Made by a program: the position numbers and the translations under genes
Shown: in pieces, positions 20,582-29,767 of the stretch
Numbering within the stretch: position 1 is the first letter of the stretch
Layout: each line of letters begins with the position of its first letter
Notes under the pieces: model-generated
What the model was told of the DNA's origin: nothing
Database searches by the model: none
The model's input: the letters and a program-made list of their open reading frames with translations, nothing else
From: Fidelibacterota bacterium
Lineage (GTDB): Bacteria; Fidelibacterota; Marinisomatia; Marinisomatales; JABMOV01
Length of the DNA stretch: 64,000 nucleotides
Reading direction: 5' to 3'
NCBI GenBank assembly: GCA_046861395.1
Contig: JBHHUC010000002.1
Span: 1-64,000 of the forward strand

Positions 20582-21532
20582 ATGAAATTTGCCCGAAAAA
20601 TACGCCAACATTCAGTTCACGAACTGGACCCCATCCTGCGGCCGCGACCGCGCAAATACCGGAATATCGTCCGCCACCTGTCCGATTATGTGATGACATC
20701 CAATGATAGCGGCCAACCCTTAACACCACAGGATATCTTTAATGATTTATCATCCTCCCGGGGCACTAATCGGTTTCTGGGATTTTTCAGTGAACGGGGA
20801 ATCCGGCGCGGGTTCGAATTGTTCGGTGTTATCGAAAAGCTGGAAAAACAAGGTTTGACCCAGCTGAAAATTGAACTGGATACCCTTGATCCCTATATCC
20901 ATACCATCCGCACCCGTTCCCATATTTCCGGCGGACCTCATCTCTGCATGGAACAGGCCATACGCCGCGGACCGATTCAGTTACCCGACCATCAACAGAC
21001 CACGGCCGACTGTTTTATCGTGGAATGGTTCCTTCTGCAAAATCCGATAAAATCTTTTTCCAAAAGACGACCCCAGTTACCGGGTCAGGATCATCCCGGC
21101 CTGGGCGTCAGCATGCGTATTTTCGAAATCCTCTATTGGTCTGCCCGGCGGTTGGGAGCCGATGGCGTTCTCTTCGTTCCCAATTATCTTCATACCGGAC
21201 TGTTTTACGGCCGTCAATGTGCCTTTCTGGATCCGGTTCGTCAGGGCGAATTGCTGGCCCTGCGAAGTAAACAGGAAAAACGATACGGCCTGGATCAGTT
21301 TTCCTGGGCCTGTTCCGAAGGGCAACTCCTGAATAAACACACCGGCCAGCCATATCTCTGGACACCGGCTCCTATGGCCCTCCCCGTATCTCGCAAAATC
21401 AAGGATTGGTTCTATTCCGCCGCCTATACGACGAAAATGCGACAAGCCCGGGAAACACTGAAGGTAAAAATTCGCAAAGGATACAGGAAAAGTTTTGATC
21501 CCGACTGGACCGCAATCAGCAATCATGAATAG
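20582..21532 (+). CDS. Hypothetical protein resembling the C-terminal domain of some bacterial histone-deacetylase-family proteins
   Basis: IVEWFLLQNP...LPGQDHPGLG...PNYLHTG motifs; no deacetylase catalytic domain visible. Confidence 0.55.
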   Translation: MKFARKIRQHSVHELDPILRPRPRKYRNIVRHLSDYVMTSNDSGQPLTPQDIFNDLSSSRGTNRFLGFFSERGIRRGFELFGVIEKLEKQGLTQLKIELDTLDPYIHTIRTRSHISGGPHLCMEQAIRRGPIQLPDHQQTTADCFIVEWFLLQNPIKSFSKRRPQLPGQDHPGLGVSMRIFEILYWSARRLGADGVLFVPNYLHTGLFYGRQCAFLDPVRQGELLALRSKQEKRYGLDQFSWACSEGQLLNKHTGQPYLWTPAPMALPVSRKIKDWFYSAAYTTKMRQARETLKVKIRKGYRKSFDPDWTAISNHE

Positions 21533-22151
21533 AAAACGTATTCTGGTTCTGGCAAACGGGGCTTTCCCCAGCCATCCCCGGCCCCTGGCCCTGCTTTCCT
21601 CCCAGCATCCCATACTCTGTACCGACGGTGCTGTTGCCGGGTTACTGAACCACGGTCTGGCACCGGATTATGTCATTGGCGACATGGACAGCATTCCGAC
21701 CTGCATTCCGGACTCCGTGAATCAAATTCCCATTCCCGATCAGCATGATACCGACTATGAAAAAGCCTTACGCTGGTGTGCGGACCAAGGGTTCACAGAT
21801 GTGACCATCCTGGGTATATCCGGTGGCCGGGAAGATCATCACCTGGTAAATCTCCTGGCTTTGTTGAACTGGGGCGATCGACTCACAATTCGCGGCGTGA
21901 CCGATACCGCCACGATCTGGCCGGTACATGATATCTATTCCCTGTCCGTAGCCGTCGGACAAACCATTTCCCTTATCGCACCGGTGCCAGAAACCAGAAT
22001 CACAACCAATGGATTGCAATGGGATTTATCCCACCAGCCCCTGCCATCTTATACCGGTGGTATTAGTAACCGAACCATCCGCGAGCGGATAACGGTGAAG
22101 GTGACCCACCCGGTATTATTATTTCTGATTCATCCTGATATCCCGGTATGA
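21525..22151 (+). CDS. thiN: Thiamine pyrophosphokinase
   Basis: CTDGA, VIGDMDS, DQHDTDYEKAL, GGREDHHLVN, GISN. Confidence 0.9.
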   Translation: MNRKRILVLANGAFPSHPRPLALLSSQHPILCTDGAVAGLLNHGLAPDYVIGDMDSIPTCIPDSVNQIPIPDQHDTDYEKALRWCADQGFTDVTILGISGGREDHHLVNLLALLNWGDRLTIRGVTDTATIWPVHDIYSLSVAVGQTISLIAPVPETRITTNGLQWDLSHQPLPSYTGGISNRTIRERITVKVTHPVLLFLIHPDIPV

Positions 22152-23533
22152 ATCTGACACCTCTTGACGGACTGGCCCTTTTTCTTTACCTGGCGATTCT
22201 CCTGTGGTTGGGTTTCCGTCGCAGTCATCGTTCGGAAAAAAGTGATACTGATTATATTCTGGCCGGACGCCGTCTCAGTCTGCCGGGTTTTGTAATGACC
22301 CTTGTCAGCACCTGGTACGGTGGCATCCTGGGCGTCGGTGAAAACACCTTCCGTTACGGACTACAAACTTGGGTTATCTTCGGTTTGCCCTATTATCTTT
22401 TCGCCCTCTTATTCGCCCTGTTTCTGGCCCCGCGGATCCGTTCTGCCCGTCTTATTTCCATCCCTGACCATTTTGCTAAGAAGTACGATAATGGAAGCGC
22501 CGTAATTGCGGCCGTATTCATTCTGTTTATCGCCAGTCCGGCACCCTATATCCTGAGTATCGGTGTTCTCGTTCAATCCATAACAGGAATGGAAAGTGGA
22601 CTGGCATTGATTCTGGCCACCGGCACCAGTCTGGCATATATCTGGTACGGCGGTTTTCGGTCGGTGGTCCGCACGGATATTTTTCAGTTTATTCTCATGT
22701 ATATCGGTTTTATCCTGATCATTGCTTTCGCCTGGCAGAAGGCCGGATCTCCGCTGGCGGTCTGGGACGCACTTCCGGTTACCCACCGGCAACCGACCGG
22801 AGGAAACTCTATCTCCTATATTCTGGTATGGTTTTTTATTGCCCTGTGGACGTTTATCGATCCCGGCTTTTACCAGCGTTCTGCCGCAGCTAGGTCAGGA
22901 AAGACTGCTGCCCGGGGTATCATCATTGCCATTGGTTTCTGGTTTCTATTTGATATGTTGACCCTGTTCGCCGGCTTTTACGCCAGAGTCATTTTACCCG
23001 ATGCTACACCTCTTTTTGCATTTCCCGCCTTGGGACAGGCTATACTCCCTCCCTTTATATACGGACTATTCCTGGCAGGATTACTTGCCACCATCATGTC
23101 CACCATCGATTCGCTGGGACTCCTGAGTGCGGTAACGTTCGGTCGTGACATCCTGTGGCGAATCCGGAAAGCCGTACCTAAGTTGTCGAATCTTTCCAGC
23201 GTGGATATGACCCGGCAGGGATTGGCTGTCATGGCCTTACTCTCCGTGATCCTGGCCGCCAGTATTCCTTCGGTAGTTGGACTTTGGTATACCATCGGTT
23301 CCCTCATCATCCCCGGGTTACTGCTACCTTTTATTATGACCTTCACTTCCTGTTCCGTTTCTCCGTTCCAGGCCCGGCTACTTCTGATATTGCCCGTCGT
23401 CTCTGCCAGTGCATGGTGGCTGCTTTCCATCTGGATTGGTCCTCCATTTGCGGCCCTGGAACCTTTTTATTGCGGGTTGGCTGTTTCAGTTGCAACTTTT
23501 ATCATGATTCGATACAGCTCATCTGGCAACTGA
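22148..23533 (+). CDS. Sodium:solute symporter family protein (candidate thiamine or precursor importer)
   Basis: YILAGRRL, GGFRSVVRTDIFQF, YQRSAAA, LATIMSTIDS; start overlaps the thiN stop (ATGA). Confidence 0.88.
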   Translation: MNLTPLDGLALFLYLAILLWLGFRRSHRSEKSDTDYILAGRRLSLPGFVMTLVSTWYGGILGVGENTFRYGLQTWVIFGLPYYLFALLFALFLAPRIRSARLISIPDHFAKKYDNGSAVIAAVFILFIASPAPYILSIGVLVQSITGMESGLALILATGTSLAYIWYGGFRSVVRTDIFQFILMYIGFILIIAFAWQKAGSPLAVWDALPVTHRQPTGGNSISYILVWFFIALWTFIDPGFYQRSAAARSGKTAARGIIIAIGFWFLFDMLTLFAGFYARVILPDATPLFAFPALGQAILPPFIYGLFLAGLLATIMSTIDSLGLLSAVTFGRDILWRIRKAVPKLSNLSSVDMTRQGLAVMALLSVILAASIPSVVGLWYTIGSLIIPGLLLPFIMTFTSCSVSPFQARLLLILPVVSASAWWLLSIWIGPPFAALEPFYCGLAVSVATFIMIRYSSSGN

Positions 23534-23535
23534 AC

Positions 23536-24006
23536 ATGAAGACGGAAATTGAACGCAAATACTTGGTAGCGGGCAACGCCTGGCGGAATGAACAGCAACG
23601 CGTTTTTATCCGGCAGGGTTATCTGTCCCTGGATCGCGAACGGACCGTCCGGGTGCGGCTGGCAGACGATCGGGGTTTCCTCACCATCAAGGGTTCCGCC
23701 ACGGGGATTACGCGTCCGGAATACGAATATACCATCCCGTCGGAAGATGCACGTTTTCTCATCGAACATCTTTGCCTGAAACCCTTGATAGAAAAATACC
23801 GTTATACGGTGGAATACGCCGGGGCTCAATGGAGTGTAGACGAATTCCTGGGAGTCAATGCGGGACTCGTGGTGGCTGAAATTGAGCTGAAAACCGAAGA
23901 TCAGGACATCACATTGCCCGACTGGGTTGTAGAGGACGTCACCAATGATCCCAAATATTTGAATGTACAGTTAACCCAAAATCCCTATCTGGACTGGCAT
24001 GCATAA
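23536..24006 (+). CDS. CYTH-domain (triphosphate tunnel metalloenzyme) protein
   Basis: EIERKYLV, IRQGYL, TVRVR, LTIKG, EYEY, IEKYRY, VAEIEL; start ATG 23536. Confidence 0.9.
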   Translation: MKTEIERKYLVAGNAWRNEQQRVFIRQGYLSLDRERTVRVRLADDRGFLTIKGSATGITRPEYEYTIPSEDARFLIEHLCLKPLIEKYRYTVEYAGAQWSVDEFLGVNAGLVVAEIELKTEDQDITLPDWVVEDVTNDPKYLNVQLTQNPYLDWHA

Positions 24007-24628
24007 ACCATTTATTCTTCTCAGCCTTTTATCAACCTTGTTATTGGCCTCCAGTATGACCGACTACCAATTCTGGCACACTGAGACCATGGTAAAATCT
24101 TTGGCCAACGACCGAACCATTTCTCTTGATGTCGATTCACGTTTTCGGGAACACGGTTCGCAGCAATACTATTTTCACAGCGATTTACGCTATCGGTTTC
24201 CTCTGTCGTCGGGATTAACGGCCGGTGTCAGTTTCCGGGAGATATTCAGCCTCAAACCGGAAGGCTGGGTACGGGAACATCGTCCCAATGTGGAATTCAT
24301 TTTCAAGCGTAAAACGGGAAATGTTACCTCCAGCCTGCGCAATCGTCTGGAATACCGTATTTTTACCGATCAAACTGCTTTCCGAAATCGGACCTTGCTG
24401 ACTCAGCAATTCCCCCTGCCGTTTTCCTCCCGTTTCTCATTCTATATTGCAGATGAAATATTCTACGATTTTTCCATCGATGACTTCAATACCAACCGGA
24501 TTTACCTGGGGATCAAACCGGGGATGATCCGGGGTATGAAGATTTCACTTTATACCATGTGGCAATCCACGCTGCGCGGTGATGCCTGGACCACTTTTCA
24601 GGTATCCGGCCTGAAAATAGGCTTTTAA
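23999..24628 (+). CDS. DUF2490-like outer-membrane beta-barrel protein
   Basis: Signal peptide; EHRP, RNRLEYR, RNR, DEIFY, NRIYLG; C-terminal F. Confidence 0.7.
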   Translation: MHKPFILLSLLSTLLLASSMTDYQFWHTETMVKSLANDRTISLDVDSRFREHGSQQYYFHSDLRYRFPLSSGLTAGVSFREIFSLKPEGWVREHRPNVEFIFKRKTGNVTSSLRNRLEYRIFTDQTAFRNRTLLTQQFPLPFSSRFSFYIADEIFYDFSIDDFNTNRIYLGIKPGMIRGMKISLYTMWQSTLRGDAWTTFQVSGLKIGF

Positions 24629-24658
24629 TCTGATGGGGTTCTCGCGCCGGGAGCCGGA

Positions 24659-24862
24659 CTAAATGATCTTTACGTTGATCGCCTTATCGCCCTTCATATC
24701 AAAATCCACATCAAATGCCACCCGCTGTCCCGGTCTCACGCCTCGTTGTTGCAGATGGGGACGTAATCCGCTAACATGAAGAAAATAATCTTCCCCGTCA
24801 TCACCGCTAATAAAGCCAAATCCTTTCGTGGGATCATATTCTTTCACAATACCTGATTTCAT
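24659..24862 (-). CDS. Cold-shock domain protein
   Basis: KGFGFI (RNP1), DYFLHVS (RNP2), KAINV. Confidence 0.9.
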   Translation of the reverse strand: MKSGIVKEYDPTKGFGFISGDDGEDYFLHVSGLRPHLQQRGVRPGQRVAFDVDFDMKGDKAINVKII

Positions 24863-25686
24863 TCTTCCTCCTTTTTATCTGATATGATGGTGGTAATCAG
24901 AGATTGTTCTATACTTTCAAAATAGGTATTCAGAACCGTAATACCCGATATACCATGTCCCAGTTCCGCCGGGTCGTGCTCTTCGCCATCCTTCGGTAAC
25001 AATTCGGATAACCATTTACTCTTATCGGCCAAAACAATAACGGGAATATGCTCTTCCCTTGCCAGTAACGCCATCATCCGGCTGCCCACTTTATTGCGGA
25101 TATTCCCAAGGGCATCCACCGCGTCGGCACCCAGGATAACACAATCGATTTCCGGAATGATGCGCATGATATTGGTATCGGTAATCAATGTCACCGGAAC
25201 AATTTCACATAGGCTCCGGGCCAGTCCCAATCCTTCGTATCCCGGGCGTGATTCGGTGCAATACACCATTTCCAGGAACCCTTCCTTTCCAGCCTGACGC
25301 AAGACGGTCTCCACGGTGGAGCTGCGGGAATGAGTGAGAACGCGGGTGTAATGTTTATCCTGACACAGAGCGTTAAAGAGGCGCCCGATGATCTGGTCAC
25401 AATCCTGCAACTGCCGGTGCAAGGCCGCAATGCGGTCCGGAAATTGATGTAATGAGTCAAGACCGGAAGATAATTCCCGGGCCAGATAGGCAAAGACGGA
25501 CATGGCCGGACGAATGGAATTCAGGGCCGTAAGGAACTCTTCCATGGTCTGCCGATCATACTGGTTGGATTGCGCCCAACGCTCCAGGTCCTGCAGCATG
25601 TGGCAGGCAATCATGCGACTGCCATGATCCTGATCCCGACGAACTCGGTTCAGAATATCTGCCAATGATGGAACTGGCTGCGACAT
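24859..25686 (-). CDS. eIF-2B alpha/beta/delta-family (IF-2B) protein
   Basis: LTHSRSSTV, TESRPGYEG, ILGADAV, NKVGS, NTYFE. Confidence 0.8.
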   Translation of the reverse strand: MSQPVPSLADILNRVRRDQDHGSRMIACHMLQDLERWAQSNQYDRQTMEEFLTALNSIRPAMSVFAYLARELSSGLDSLHQFPDRIAALHRQLQDCDQIIGRLFNALCQDKHYTRVLTHSRSSTVETVLRQAGKEGFLEMVYCTESRPGYEGLGLARSLCEIVPVTLITDTNIMRIIPEIDCVILGADAVDALGNIRNKVGSRMMALLAREEHIPVIVLADKSKWLSELLPKDGEEHDPAELGHGISGITVLNTYFESIEQSLITTIISDKKEEE

Positions 25687-25729
25687 GAATGTAATTTATA
25701 TCCGTTGTTTTTCCAGCGACAGAAAAATT

Positions 25730-26113
25730 ATGCATAGAATATCATCACGGTGGAAACTGGGAATGATTCTTTTGGGACTGGTAATGCTTCCCCGGATCAT
25801 CACAGCCCAAGTCACCGCCATACCAGTCGATACAACAAAGGATACAGTACGATATGATCCCTGGATGGGGTTTGACAAAGTCCAGCACTTCACCGTATCA
25901 TGTCTGTGGACACTTTCATCGCAATATTTACTGGAATCCAAATTGCAGTTTTCCGCATCTGAAGCCTTGCCATTATCGATGGGATCGGCTTTTCTGGCGG
26001 GGATTGGGAAAGAAATCTACGACCGGGAAAAAAAGAATGGCTTTTTTAGCCGTCGCGATTTGGTGGCTAATGTGCTGGGCATAACTGTCGGGATACTACT
26101 CATTCAACTGTAA
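25730..26113 (+). CDS. YfiM/DUF2279-like small membrane or exported protein
   Basis: DPWMGFDKVQHF, GIGKEIYD, FSRRDLVAN; start uncertain (25685, 25730 or 25763). Confidence 0.65.
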   Translation: MHRISSRWKLGMILLGLVMLPRIITAQVTAIPVDTTKDTVRYDPWMGFDKVQHFTVSCLWTLSSQYLLESKLQFSASEALPLSMGSAFLAGIGKEIYDREKKNGFFSRRDLVANVLGITVGILLIQL

Positions 26114-27205
26114 GGCATAATCCCGGATAAAACTACTGTCAATCCTATCCTTCAACCGCATGGGCAAACCCCCGGAAAAAACCAGTCCGTTCCGAACAAA
26201 CACTCCGTTTCCGTCCCCCAGATTAAACAACAGCAAATACCGCTTTTGAGGTCGGAAGTGACGCAAAGGTTTTCCTGTCAAGGAGCGTAGAATATTGTCA
26301 AACAGGACCGGTCCCTGGCGAATGGCATAAACACCGACCCTATCCAGCGGATTTTCGCGAAAATTGACACAATCGCCACCTCCGAAAACTCCACGGTGGC
26401 CAACTACTTCCAGGTGAGTATTGACACGGAGCGAACCGTCGGTATTTCGTGGCAAGGTCGTACCGGTAAACAAAGGATAGGGTTGAATTCCGGTGGCAAT
26501 TAAGGCTACATCATAAGACAAGGAATCGCCGTTTTCCAGTTTCAGCATCCGGGCCGTAATATGGTTCACGGGAGAATGCGTTTTAACCTTTATTTTCCTT
26601 GAAGTGAAATTTTCAACCACACAACGAACCACACGTTTGGGAAAGTGTCGCAGGACAGACTCCCCTGCCGTGACCAAGGTAACCTTGGCGCCGGGATGGT
26701 GTCGATCACATAACCGCCGGATGGCCCCGGCCATTTCGATACCGGCCGGCCCGCCGCCGACTATCAGAATATTTTCCGGTTTTTCCTGCATGATTTGTAA
26801 TTGCAATGCCGGATGTTTGGCAATGGGTTTTACCGTGTGTACCTGAGTGGCACCATCATCTGTAGTGGGAGATGTCACGCCACTCCCGGTGGCAAAGGAA
26901 ATAATGTCGTATTTGATCTTTTGGCCGTTATCCAATTCCACTTCATGGGCTTCAGCGTCGACTGCCACTATTTTTTGTTCCAGGAAAGTGGCACCGGCCT
27001 GTTCGGTAATTTTCCTCACATCGATGCGAATATCGTCAAGGGAATAGAAACCGGACAGATAACCGGGAGCCATTCCGGAATAATATAAATGACGATCGGG
27101 GTTAATCACCGTGACCGTGGCGCCGGCCTCCTGCAAGCGGGCAATCCGTTTCAGTGTATAGAGATTGGCATGGCCGCTCCCGGCCAGGACAATATGGCGG
27201 GACAC
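26096..27205 (-). CDS. FAD-dependent pyridine nucleotide-disulphide oxidoreductase (NDH-2-like; resembles the N-terminal domain of SelD fusions)
   Basis: LAGSGHAN, YYSGMAPG, IVGGGPAGIE, FGGGDC, GVYAIRQGP. Confidence 0.82.
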   Translation of the reverse strand: MSRHIVLAGSGHANLYTLKRIARLQEAGATVTVINPDRHLYYSGMAPGYLSGFYSLDDIRIDVRKITEQAGATFLEQKIVAVDAEAHEVELDNGQKIKYDIISFATGSGVTSPTTDDGATQVHTVKPIAKHPALQLQIMQEKPENILIVGGGPAGIEMAGAIRRLCDRHHPGAKVTLVTAGESVLRHFPKRVVRCVVENFTSRKIKVKTHSPVNHITARMLKLENGDSLSYDVALIATGIQPYPLFTGTTLPRNTDGSLRVNTHLEVVGHRGVFGGGDCVNFRENPLDRVGVYAIRQGPVLFDNILRSLTGKPLRHFRPQKRYLLLFNLGDGNGVFVRNGLVFSGGLPMRLKDRIDSSFIRDYALQLNE

Positions 27206-27207
27206 GA

Positions 27208-27633
27208 TTATTCTTTCAGGAATTCAAACGCTTCTTTATAGCGCAGAAGACGATCTCTGTCCTGAGCGGTTACACCCGCCGGACGACGATAATTCATATT
27301 GTCGGTCAGGTCTTCCAGTTTGACCCGTACCGCCAGTTTCGATTTGGAAACACGTTTCAGGTAGGATTTATACCGTTCGCCTTTGCGTTTGGACAAAGCA
27401 TCGACAGCTTCCACGATTTTCTTCGGGTACCCCTTTTTCCGCAAATCCCTGGTTGTGATATCGGAATCCTCGATCACATCATGCAGGACGGCGACGATCC
27501 GTTCATCTTCGGTTTCCATTTTCATCATGACACGCAAGGGATGAAAAATATAGGGATTCCCGCCTTTATCCTTCTGTCCGGCATGGCATTTCACGGCCAG
27601 CCGTATGGCGTGCTCCAGTTTGGGTTTTTTCAT
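27208..27633 (-). CDS. HD-domain protein, small alarmone hydrolase-like
   Basis: HAGQKDKGGNPYIFHPLRV, LHDVIED, VKLEDLTDN. Confidence 0.8.
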   Translation of the reverse strand: MKKPKLEHAIRLAVKCHAGQKDKGGNPYIFHPLRVMMKMETEDERIVAVLHDVIEDSDITTRDLRKKGYPKKIVEAVDALSKRKGERYKSYLKRVSKSKLAVRVKLEDLTDNMNYRRPAGVTAQDRDRLLRYKEAFEFLKE

Positions 27634-27674
27634 ATATCATACTCCCTGTATTCAGATGAATTTATAGTATACTT

Positions 27675-28265
27675 TCAGTTCAGGGTTTTATCCAGTTTAT
27701 CCAATTTGGGTTTAATCACAAAAACGCAATACGGTGCATTGGGATTGTTCCGAAAATAATCCTGGTGATAATCTTCCGCCGGATAAAAGGGTCCGGCCGC
27801 TTCAATGGCCGTAACAATCGGTTTGGGGTAAGTACCGCTGGCATCCATTTCCCGGAGTGATTTTTCCGCAATCTTTCGTTGCTCTTCATCATGATAGAAA
27901 ATAACGGATCGGTACTGGGAACCTACATCGGCCCCCTGACGATCCATGGTGGTGGGATCATGACTATGCCAGAAGATATCCAGTAATTCTGCGTATGAAA
28001 CCTCTTGGGGATCATACGTAATGCGACACACTTCGGCATGGCCGGTTTTTCCAGACGATACCTGCCGGTAAGAAGGCTTTTCCACCGTTCCACCGGAATA
28101 GCCGGATACAACATCCATCACACCGGGGATTTTCTCAAACACTGCCTCGGTACACCAGAAGCATCCCGAACCAAATGTAGCGATTCTAGTTTCTTTCATA
28201 TTTTCTTCTCTGTTCTGGCCAGGTCCAAAAGCAAGTAAAAATACGATTAATAGTAATGTTTTCAT
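27675..28265 (-). CDS. msrA: Peptide methionine sulfoxide reductase A, probably exported
   Basis: GCFWC, SGYSGG, TGHAE, RQGADVGSQYRS, AEDYHQDY; N-terminal MKTLLLIVFLLAFG signal-like segment from ATG 28265. Confidence 0.92.
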   Translation of the reverse strand: MKTLLLIVFLLAFGPGQNREENMKETRIATFGSGCFWCTEAVFEKIPGVMDVVSGYSGGTVEKPSYRQVSSGKTGHAEVCRITYDPQEVSYAELLDIFWHSHDPTTMDRQGADVGSQYRSVIFYHDEEQRKIAEKSLREMDASGTYPKPIVTAIEAAGPFYPAEDYHQDYFRNNPNAPYCVFVIKPKLDKLDKTLN

Positions 28266-28344
28266 GTAATAACCGCTCTGATATGAAAAACTACCACGTA
28301 CCTGATTGAAAAAATGTCTCCAGCCTGCCATTCCGGATCGATTA

Positions 28345-28881
28345 TCATTGTTTTGCCCGGCCAATGACACCACAAGCCAACCGGGGACCGGCAGCCCCTG
28401 AAGGCTGGGACGTGAGATCATCTCGACCGGCATGGACCACCACGGCCCGACCGATAATATTATTGTCACCGCTGAAGCTTAACAACGGATCAATGAAATC
28501 GATCTGAGCAATCCCTTTCTTATCCGCCACAATATTTCCTAAATCTCCCACATGCCGTTTATTGGCCGGTTGACCACGGTCGCCGTGAGGAGCACCGGCG
28601 GGATTAAAATGACCCCCGGCCGACTTCCCGGCTGGATCGGTGCAATCACCGTACTCATGAATATGAAATCCGTGAGGACCGGCTGTTAATCCGCTAATCG
28701 TTCCGGTAACTCTGATACCGTGAGCAGCCTGAGAAAAACGAACAATGCCTTGCACCGAACTCCCCTCTGTAGGCTGCAATATCACGATGGCCGATTGTCC
28801 CACAACCAATGACAGCATGATTAAACCGGGTAAAATGGATTTCCCAAATCCTTGTAGAATATTGATAATGTTCATTCTCAT
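28345..28881 (-). CDS. sodC: Cu/Zn superoxide dismutase
   Basis: HGFHIH, AGGHFNP, RHVGDLGN, VVH, RLACGVI. Confidence 0.95.
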   Translation of the reverse strand: MRMNIINILQGFGKSILPGLIMLSLVVGQSAIVILQPTEGSSVQGIVRFSQAAHGIRVTGTISGLTAGPHGFHIHEYGDCTDPAGKSAGGHFNPAGAPHGDRGQPANKRHVGDLGNIVADKKGIAQIDFIDPLLSFSGDNNIIGRAVVVHAGRDDLTSQPSGAAGPRLACGVIGRAKQ

Positions 28882-28948
28882 TTCTCCTTGTTGCTGACTG
28901 GCAATTTACGACTGTTTGAACAATCGGAAACTCGGGAAAAGCATCTCC

Positions 28949-29383
28949 CTAACGTCTCATTGTCAGACGGCGTTCGCCCTGGTTCAAGACATAGAGCAAT
29001 ACCAGCGGAACAATAAGCCATTGTAAAACCGGAATGATACCTACATTTATACCGGGAATGACGGGCATCAGCGGTGAATAATCCCATCGGCCCAGAAGAT
29101 AGATATTAATCCATTCCAATACAATGGTGAGGAGAACCCCCACGGACAGATATACGACATACTGGCTTTTTCCGGGCGAACGGTACCAGTCCGGAGCGTC
29201 ATCACGATAGCGAACCGTCAGATAGGCCAAAACGGAAATGAGCCCGTCACCAATACTGGCCCGGGTACACATCCAGTTCATGGCGGTATAGGATTGTTCG
29301 GCCGTAAAGCGGAAAAACGGCATTTGCCACATTTCCCAGACAAAATTCAATAGAAAAGACAACAGGAAAACGACGGCCATCAT
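28949..29383 (-). CDS. Four-TM membrane protein of unknown function
   Basis: Hydrophobic helices; LNFVWEMWQMP, CTRASIGD, WDYSPLMP, PVLQW. Confidence 0.7.
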   Translation of the reverse strand: MMAVVFLLSFLLNFVWEMWQMPFFRFTAEQSYTAMNWMCTRASIGDGLISVLAYLTVRYRDDAPDWYRSPGKSQYVVYLSVGVLLTIVLEWINIYLLGRWDYSPLMPVIPGINVGIIPVLQWLIVPLVLLYVLNQGERRLTMRR

Positions 29384-29389
29384 TGTGAA

Positions 29390-29767
29390 TTACGGAACCC
29401 GGTTGGTGGTTGAATCCGGCTGCGACGGCAGTACTCTGAAATAGGAAACCTGGAACCGTCCGTTCCGAAGTTCGCCTGATACTTCCGCCCGGCGAATGGT
29501 TTCACAGAAACCGTCATCGGCATGGGCGTCGCCGTGGTCATCAATGTGGGTTCCATCGACAAAATAGGCCTTACCGTCCACGCGAATGGCCAGGTCGCAA
29601 CTAGTTCCTTCCAGTCCAAACTGACATTCACCGCAGGATGCTTCCACAATCTGCTTTTCGATTTTCATCGTACTTTCCTTTTCTTTTCCCATGATATCCT
29701 GCGCCTGAAGGAACGAAAGCACCAACAGGGATACAGTAAAAACGGTTATGAGTGCTTTAGTCATCAT
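29390..29767 (-). CDS. Exported Cys/His-rich protein (DUF6370-like)
   Basis: VEASCGECQF...CDLAIR...DDHGDAHADDGFC. Confidence 0.75.
   Translation of the reverse strand: MMTKALITVFTVSLLVLSFLQAQDIMGKEKESTMKIEKQIVEASCGECQFGLEGTSCDLAIRVDGKAYFVDGTHIDDHGDAHADDGFCETIRRAEVSGELRNGRFQVSYFRVLPSQPDSTTNRVP

Noticed and set aside
26096..27205. Selenophosphate synthetase SelD
   Set aside because: Only the flavoprotein domain is present; there is no SelD catalytic domain.
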